The position numbers and the translations under genes were made by a program. 64,000 nucleotides of DNA. Origin: Treponema sp. Its GTDB lineage: Bacteria; Spirochaetota; Spirochaetia; Treponematales; Treponemataceae. Numbering within the stretch: position 1 is the stretch's first letter; each line of letters starts with the position of its first letter. Shown piece by piece: positions 58,598 to 64,000 of the stretch. A model generated the notes under the pieces. The model saw only the letters and a list, made by a program, of their open reading frames with translations, did no database searches and was not told the DNA's origin. The DNA lies in contig JAEDJA010000008.1 of assembly GCA_016296575.1 (NCBI GenBank), positions 3,921 through 67,920 of the forward strand, written 5' to 3'.

Positions 58598-60148
58598 TTA
58601 CTCTTTGTGTTCTGCCTTAAAATCAGTAAATTTTGCAGATGCACCATTCTGAGCATATAATCCCCAGAATACACCTGTAAAACCTCCGGCTACCTCACTG
58701 GAAAGATATTTTGTATCAGCAGCTCCCAAATGAACCTCATCAGCAAAAAAATCATATCCATAAGGTGAAGCAGAAATTTTTAATACTGCCTTTGATGATT
58801 TTTGCAATACTTCTTTTTTTATACTGCTTGCAGGTCCTATTGTAACCTTTAATACTGCATAAATATCATTCCCGCGTTGTTCAAGGTATACATCATAATG
58901 ATGATTTGGATCGAGGTATGCAGTAAGACCAGCCTCACCTGGATTTTTCAGTTGGCATGATACTTTGCAAGTTTCATTGAATTCACTTTGGCGGATTCCA
59001 ATAAAAACAGGACTTCCCTTTAGTGTATCAATTGTAAGATCCCCGGAACACAATTCAAAAGAATCTTTGGAAAACTTATATTTAGTTTCATCCGGATTAC
59101 AAATAAAATTCCAGTCAAGCTTTACAGAAGTATTTTCAAAAGTTTTTTCAAAATTAAGATTTTGTGGTGCAAATGTATGATTTTCAGGACATTCAACTTC
59201 CAGTAAAGCCTGTCCGTACCCCTGTTTTTCATTATAGCCTGTTCCAACTACTTTTCCGTAAGCAGTTTTTTCAGCTTTGGTAAAAGGAGTTCCAATGTAG
59301 AACCAGCCGTCCTCCCAAATTACAGGCTCCATACAGGTTTCACGGCCAAGGTGATGATAAGGCATATACAAGTCTAACTGACGGAATGCCAGATGACAAA
59401 ACCACCAGGTTCCGTCAAGAGCCTGAACAATATCTCCGTGACCAGCTCCCTGCAATGAATAACCGCCCATATTTCTGTTTGTAAGAACAGGATTTGCAGG
59501 ACAAGGCTCATAAGGTCCTTTTATATTCTTTGATCGGGCATAATTTACCATATGACCGTATTCAGTTCCACCTTCAGCATTCAAAAGATAATAATAATCA
59601 CCAAATTTATACATATGTGGAGCTTCAATAAAACGTCCGCCTGTTCCATACCATAATGGTTCATTTTCTGAAAGTTTTTTTCCTGTGGCAATATCAATTT
59701 CACTCATCTGAATATAGCCGCGGCCTTCTTTATCATTACCGTTGGAAATAAAGTAAACTTTTCCGTCATCATCAAAAAATAAGGAAGGATCAATTCCACT
59801 TTGCTCTACTTTGATTGGTTCAGACCATTCGCCATAAATATCGTCAGTATAAACATAGAAATTTCCCATATTATCTACATTTGTTACTACCATGTAAAAG
59901 CGACCTTTGTTAAATCGGATTGTAGGAGCATATATTCCAGCTGATGTATTGTTTTTTTCAACAAGAAGCTGACTTTTTCGGGTAAGACAATGACCAATCT
60001 GTTTCCAGTTAATTAAATCTTCACTTTCAAATACAGGCACACCGGGAAAATACTGAAAAGTTGAACAAACCATATAGAACTTTCCATTGGCTTCACACAT
60101 ACTAGGATCTGGATACATACCACGTAAAACTGGATTCTTATATTTCAT
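58598..60148 (-). CDS. Glycoside hydrolase family 43 (beta-xylosidase/alpha-L-arabinofuranosidase), cytoplasmic
   Basis: YPDPS, YAPT, IDPS, EAPH, AEGGT, GHGD, LGRET and a C-terminal beta-sandwich (GGFTG). No signal peptide. Confidence 0.95.
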   Translation of the reverse strand: MKYKNPVLRGMYPDPSMCEANGKFYMVCSTFQYFPGVPVFESEDLINWKQIGHCLTRKSQLLVEKNNTSAGIYAPTIRFNKGRFYMVVTNVDNMGNFYVYTDDIYGEWSEPIKVEQSGIDPSLFFDDDGKVYFISNGNDKEGRGYIQMSEIDIATGKKLSENEPLWYGTGGRFIEAPHMYKFGDYYYLLNAEGGTEYGHMVNYARSKNIKGPYEPCPANPVLTNRNMGGYSLQGAGHGDIVQALDGTWWFCHLAFRQLDLYMPYHHLGRETCMEPVIWEDGWFYIGTPFTKAEKTAYGKVVGTGYNEKQGYGQALLEVECPENHTFAPQNLNFEKTFENTSVKLDWNFICNPDETKYKFSKDSFELCSGDLTIDTLKGSPVFIGIRQSEFNETCKVSCQLKNPGEAGLTAYLDPNHHYDVYLEQRGNDIYAVLKVTIGPASSIKKEVLQKSSKAVLKISASPYGYDFFADEVHLGAADTKYLSSEVAGGFTGVFWGLYAQNGASAKFTDFKAEHKE

Positions 60149-60282
60149 AATACCTCTTAATTTTCACCAAAATAACTGGTTGCTTTAAAACAGTATAATA
60201 CTTCTTTATTAAAGAATATATAAGATTAAAAAAAATTTATATACAATCTAATCTTAACAGAGCTTTACACTCACTTTAAAAT

Positions 60283-60318
60283 AAAAAAATCTCGTAAGTA
60301 TTTGAACCTACGAGATTT
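60283..60318 (-). terminator. Intrinsic terminator downstream of tRNA-Val
   Basis: AAATCTCGTA...TACGAGATTT stem with an A7 tract on + (a U tract on the minus strand). Confidence 0.75.
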
Positions 60319-60325
60319 CAAATTA

Positions 60326-60399
60326 TGGGCAGTGAGAGGATCGAACTCCCGACATTCTGGGTGTAAACCAGACGCTCGTACCAGCTGAGCTAACTGCCC
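60326..60399 (-). tRNA. tRNA-Val(UAC), CCA not encoded
   Basis: Minus strand: GGGCAGT TAGCTCAGCTGGTACGAGCG TCTGG TT TAC AC CCAGA ATGTC GGGAG TTCGATC CTCTC ACTGCCC A. Confidence 0.96.
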
Positions 60400-60515
60400 A
60401 TGCAACTTAGTGTCGCTTGATGTTTATATATTATAAAATTAGGAAAAAAAGGTCAATAGGTTTACAAAGATTTTTTGCATTTTTTTTTGTTTTTTTCCTA
60501 TTTATATATACTGAT

Positions 60516-61223
60516 TTAACCTTCCATAGGATTATCAACATCTTCACTGAACATAAAAATATCACGGATTTTCAGTGAATAATTTGTACTTGGAGCATCA
60601 ATTGTAGCTTTAGCAGGAATATCAACACAGTAAGTTATTGGAGCATAACCTTCCTTTTTGAATTCAAGCACAAAAGAAAAATCCTTTGTATCCCCTTCCT
60701 TTCCTAGAACTGGTTTAGGCCAGAATGAATAAGCTCCATTTGTAGCTTTAAAAGTTTCTGTTGGATTAGACCAGGTTGAATCAAACATTTCGATAAGTTC
60801 ATTATTGTTCTTGATTGTAATTACAACACCTTCAAGTGGTTCAAATGTTGTTCCATCAAAAACCTGTCCAATAAGAAGTGGCAGATTAAAATTAGGTTTT
60901 CCATCAAGTTTAGAAATGTTTTTTGATGTATCGGAATTGTGGAATTTTCTCTGACTTCCGTTAATAAGACGAATTCCTTCAAGAGCCAGTTTGCTTAAGT
61001 CAGCTTTTAATTGAACATCATCCAAATCAATGGAATTATGAAGAACCCCGCGTTCTGAAACAATATATCTTGGTTTGATTCTGTTCAAAACAAAACATAC
61101 AGTATCAAGTCGGCAGGTTTTGCAGTCGCAGCTAAGCCACTTAATATTTTCTGATTTAAGTGTATCGTAAAGTTCATTTACAGTTGAAGAAACATATTCT
61201 TCCATAATATTGTGAATATTCAT
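60516..61223 (-). CDS. ComFB-domain protein fused to a C-terminal beta-sandwich (carboxypeptidase-regulatory-like) domain
   Basis: HNIMEEYV, CDCKTCRLD..CFVLNRIKPRYIV, a terminal His of the ComFB domain, then GQVFDGTTFEPLEGVVI. Confidence 0.88.
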   Translation of the reverse strand: MNIHNIMEEYVSSTVNELYDTLKSENIKWLSCDCKTCRLDTVCFVLNRIKPRYIVSERGVLHNSIDLDDVQLKADLSKLALEGIRLINGSQRKFHNSDTSKNISKLDGKPNFNLPLLIGQVFDGTTFEPLEGVVITIKNNNELIEMFDSTWSNPTETFKATNGAYSFWPKPVLGKEGDTKDFSFVLEFKKEGYAPITYCVDIPAKATIDAPSTNYSLKIRDIFMFSEDVDNPMEG

Positions 61224-61243
61224 AAATTCCCCTATAAAAAACT

Positions 61244-61272
61244 ATTATAACACAAAAAAAAGGATATCGCAA
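61244..61272 (-). promoter_or_regulatory. Sigma70 promoter of the ComFB gene
   Basis: Minus strand TTGCGA-17 nt-TATAAT with TGn extension, followed by an AGGGG SD. Confidence 0.7.
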
Positions 61273-61289
61273 ATATATTTCTAAAATCT

Positions 61290-62333
61290 CTAATTTAATA
61301 CAAAAGAATACGAAATTTTTCCTTCATCATTTTTGGATATTACACCTGCAAAATCTTTTTCCAAAGTAAAAACAGCAGCATCACAGGAAAGAGGAAGTTC
61401 ATGCAAGGAAGTTATAAAGTTCTTTGATTTCAATGGTTTTCCGTGAAAAAAATCCTCTAATGCAGCTAAATCTTTAAGGTAAAGCACTTGCATTCCGCAT
61501 TCCAAAGCCAATTCCGGAGTAAAAGGAATCAAAGATGAACAGATTGCTTCAAGATCCTTTGGATCAAAAGGTTTACGTTCTTTTGGTTGTTTTGTATTAT
61601 TTACAGAACTATTTTCAATTTCAAAATACAAGCTTCTATCATCAAGGGCACTTTTAATTGTAAAAGATTTTGAATCATTAAAAAAAACTGAATCTTCCAC
61701 TTTAAAACTTCCTACTGATTTACGATAAAGTCCAACAAGATGTGCACAGCTTCCAGCAGATTCAGCGATGTCTCTTGCTAGACTACGGATGTAAGTTCCT
61801 TTTGAAACTGTAAAACTTATTCTTGCATATTTTATAAAATCATTTTCAATAAAAGTTTCCAAAATATCTGCTGAAAATACGGTAATTTTTCTTGAAGGCA
61901 GAACTACTGATTGACCATCTCTTGCAAGACCGCTGGCTCTTTTTCCGTCAATGTGAATGGCTGAAAACGCAGGAGGTATCTGATCAACAGTTCCAGTCCA
62001 TTTTTCTATACTCTTTTTGAGATTTTCTAAGGTTGGAAGCTTTCCCTCTTTAGTAATTTTTCCAGTATATTCAAGAGTATCTGTTTCTTTGCCAAACTCA
62101 ATTACCGCTTCATAGGTTTTATCAAAACCAGTAATGAGAGATGAAAGCTTTGTAAGTCTTCCACAGCAAACAACAAGAAGCCCTGAAGCAAAACTGTCCA
62201 GGGTTCCTGTGTGGCCTACCTTTGTTGAATGTATGGCTTTTTTTACCTGACCAAGAGAACCGAAACTGGTAAGTCCCGGTTTCTTGCACAGGAGAAGAAT
62301 CTTGTCGATATTATTCAGACTGTTCTGAGTCAT
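61290..62333 (-). CDS. truB: tRNA pseudouridine(55) synthase
   Basis: KKPGLTS, KVGHTGTLD, PPAFSAI, SKGTYIRSLARD. Start at 62333 or 62354. Confidence 0.95.
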   Translation of the reverse strand: MTQNSLNNIDKILLLCKKPGLTSFGSLGQVKKAIHSTKVGHTGTLDSFASGLLVVCCGRLTKLSSLITGFDKTYEAVIEFGKETDTLEYTGKITKEGKLPTLENLKKSIEKWTGTVDQIPPAFSAIHIDGKRASGLARDGQSVVLPSRKITVFSADILETFIENDFIKYARISFTVSKGTYIRSLARDIAESAGSCAHLVGLYRKSVGSFKVEDSVFFNDSKSFTIKSALDDRSLYFEIENSSVNNTKQPKERKPFDPKDLEAICSSLIPFTPELALECGMQVLYLKDLAALEDFFHGKPLKSKNFITSLHELPLSCDAAVFTLEKDFAGVISKNDEGKISYSFVLN

Positions 62334-62685
62334 GAGATTCTTTTTCAAGTTCATTCAGTTTCTGCACCATTTTAAAGCCTTCTTTCATGCCTTTATCTAC
62401 ATGAAACTGAAATTTTGGAAATTTTCTGATTCTCATTTTCTTTGCAATTGTAGACTGAAGAAAACCGGCAGCAGAATTCAATCCTGCTACCCCATTTTCT
62501 ACCTGTCCATCGCTAAGAAAACTTGAAACGAATATTTTAGCATAAGAAAGATCAGAAGATACTTCAACACGATTGATAGTGAGGAAAGTACTTACTCGAG
62601 GATCCTTTACTTCTCCGCGAAGAATCAACTGTGAGATTTCATCACGGAGCTGGTCATTAAGACGAGGTAATCGGTATTGGCCCAT
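62311..62685 (-). CDS. rbfA: Ribosome-binding factor A
   Basis: VKDPRV, VEVSSDLSYAKIFVS, IRKFPKFQFHVD; lies between infB and truB. Confidence 0.96.
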   Translation of the reverse strand: MGQYRLPRLNDQLRDEISQLILRGEVKDPRVSTFLTINRVEVSSDLSYAKIFVSSFLSDGQVENGVAGLNSAAGFLQSTIAKKMRIRKFPKFQFHVDKGMKEGFKMVQKLNELEKESHDSEQSE

Positions 62686-64000
62686 TAGTCATCCTCACCA
62701 GAAACGTTAGATCCATTGTCTTTTTTGGCAGATTTAGCAGCCTTACGTGCTTTACCTTCTGCTTTTGCTTTAGCGATTTCTTCTGCTTCAGCAGCGGCAA
62801 TTGCATCAGCTTCAGCCTGAGCTTTTTCAGCAGCGGCTCTGGCTTTCTTTTCATTTTCAGCACGTTCGTCAACAAGATCATCACCAAGCTTACGAGCAAT
62901 TTCAATATATTCAAATACTTCCAGACGGTCACCAACCTGAATATCCTGCCAGTTTTCGATACCAACACCACATTCATATCCAGTAGAAACTTCTTTTGCA
63001 TCATCTTTAAATCGTTTAAGAGAAGCAAGTTTAAGGTTAGATCCCTTAACAATTCCATCACGAATAAGATTTACGAAGCTGTTTCGTTTAATAACACCTT
63101 CTGATACATAACATCCGGCGATAACACCAACTTTTGGAACTTTGAAAGTATTGCGAACTTCCACCATACCGGTAACCTGTTCTTTTGTATCTGGACGAAG
63201 CATACCTTCCATAGCAGCCTGGATTTCTTCAACTGCTTTGTAGATAATGCTGTACTTACGGATATCAACACCTTCATCTTCGGCAAGTGCTTTTGCTTTT
63301 GGAGTTGGACGTACATTGAAACCAACGATGATGGCATTTGAGTCAGCAGCGGCAAGCATAACATCACTTTCGTTGATGGCACCAGCTGAAGAATGAATAA
63401 CTGAAAGTCGGATGTCCTTTGTTGAAAGCTTTTCCAAAGAAAGCTTAAGGGCTTCGGCAGAACCCTGAAGATCAGCTTTAATAAGAACCTTAAGCTCCTG
63501 GATTTTGCTTTCATCGATTTTATCGAACATGTTTTCAAGTGTAGTTTTCTTAACGGCTTTAGCAGCTTCGAAGCGTTTCAGTTCCTGACGTTTTGAAGAA
63601 ATTGCACGGGCTTCTTTTTCATCTTCTGTTACCTGGAATGGATCTCCAGCCATTGGCATTTCTTCAATACCAAGAATTTCAACAGGAGTTGAAGGACCAG
63701 CTTCCTGGATACGGCGGCCGCGATCATCAAACATGGCACGAACACGACCAGAGTAAATACCGGCAACAAAAGGATCTCCCTGATGGAGCGTACCGCGCTG
63801 AACAACAACAGTAGCAACAACACCCCGTCCCTGATCAATACGTGATTCAAGGATTTTTCCTTCTGCACGACACTGATCATTTGTTTTAAGTTCAAGCATT
63901 TCAGCCTGGAGAAGAATTGCATCAAGAAGTTCATCAATTCCTTCACCTTTTAAAGCGGAAATATGAACATACTGTGTGTCACCACCCCATTCTTCAGGTG
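62685..64000 (-). CDS. infB: Translation initiation factor IF-2 (C-terminal part; 5' end beyond the window)
   Basis: PEEWGGDT near the window edge, KADLQGS, GAINESDV, GFNVRP, LKRFKDDAKEV, GYECG. Confidence 0.98.
   Translation of the reverse strand, partial: PEEWGGDTQYVHISALKGEGIDELLDAILLQAEMLELKTNDQCRAEGKILESRIDQGRGVVATVVVQRGTLHQGDPFVAGIYSGRVRAMFDDRGRRIQEAGPSTPVEILGIEEMPMAGDPFQVTEDEKEARAISSKRQELKRFEAAKAVKKTTLENMFDKIDESKIQELKVLIKADLQGSAEALKLSLEKLSTKDIRLSVIHSSAGAINESDVMLAAADSNAIIVGFNVRPTPKAKALAEDEGVDIRKYSIIYKAVEEIQAAMEGMLRPDTKEQVTGMVEVRNTFKVPKVGVIAGCYVSEGVIKRNSFVNLIRDGIVKGSNLKLASLKRFKDDAKEVSTGYECGVGIENWQDIQVGDRLEVFEYIEIARKLGDDLVDERAENEKKARAAAEKAQAEADAIAAAEAEEIAKAKAEGKARKAAKSAKKDNGSNVSGEDD

Noticed and set aside
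56499..60399. Island at the 3' end of tRNA-Val (GH43, ktr genes)
   Set aside because: No att-like direct repeat or mobility gene was found.
60470..61262. Homopolymer T/A tracts as phase-variation switches, including A8 in the ComFB promoter spacer
   Set aside because: Tracts of 7-9 A/T are common in this AT-rich sequence, and there are no long poly-G/C tracts or frameshifted genes.

Overview
AT-rich, gene-dense chromosomal segment, most likely from a gut/rumen Treponema-like spirochete. This assignment is inferred from gene content and order: tamB-bamA-skp-mutS, uvrA-lptD, lnt/galK-like/surE/TPR/NHL, and a ComFB fusion. Most of the window is core housekeeping: a soluble fumarate-reductase-like flavoprotein with its Fe-S partner, a DEDDh exonuclease, an AspT/YidE transporter, an orphan PTS EIIC, sufCBDSU, tRNA-Arg(UCU), an ~22.6 kb minus-strand run from tamB to topA, tmk, an EAL phosphodiesterase, aroB, a group I cysteine desulfurase, lnt, a ribulokinase-like gene plus araD, recO-pdp-recJ-M23, ktrAB-like genes, GH43, tRNA-Val(UAC), a ComFB protein and infB-rbfA-truB. 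I found no CRISPR array, prophage, integrase, transposase or defence island, and I cannot claim a complete new system. The most interesting signals are: (1) a terminator-like palindromic repeat present twice in opposite orientations, with one copy carrying a nested REP-in-REP insertion; (2) several genes with a -10 box exactly 6 nt before the ATG, suggesting leaderless mRNAs; (3) a 66-aa Ala/Glu/Lys C-terminal tail on IF2; (4) an Frd/Sdh-type flavoprotein with no covalent-FAD His and no downstream membrane anchor; (5) an unannotated membrane-anchored gluzincin-like protein; (6) a RecJ with an ~150-aa insertion; and (7) a palindromic operator candidate upstream of suf. All assignments come from motif recognition by eye; no searches were run.
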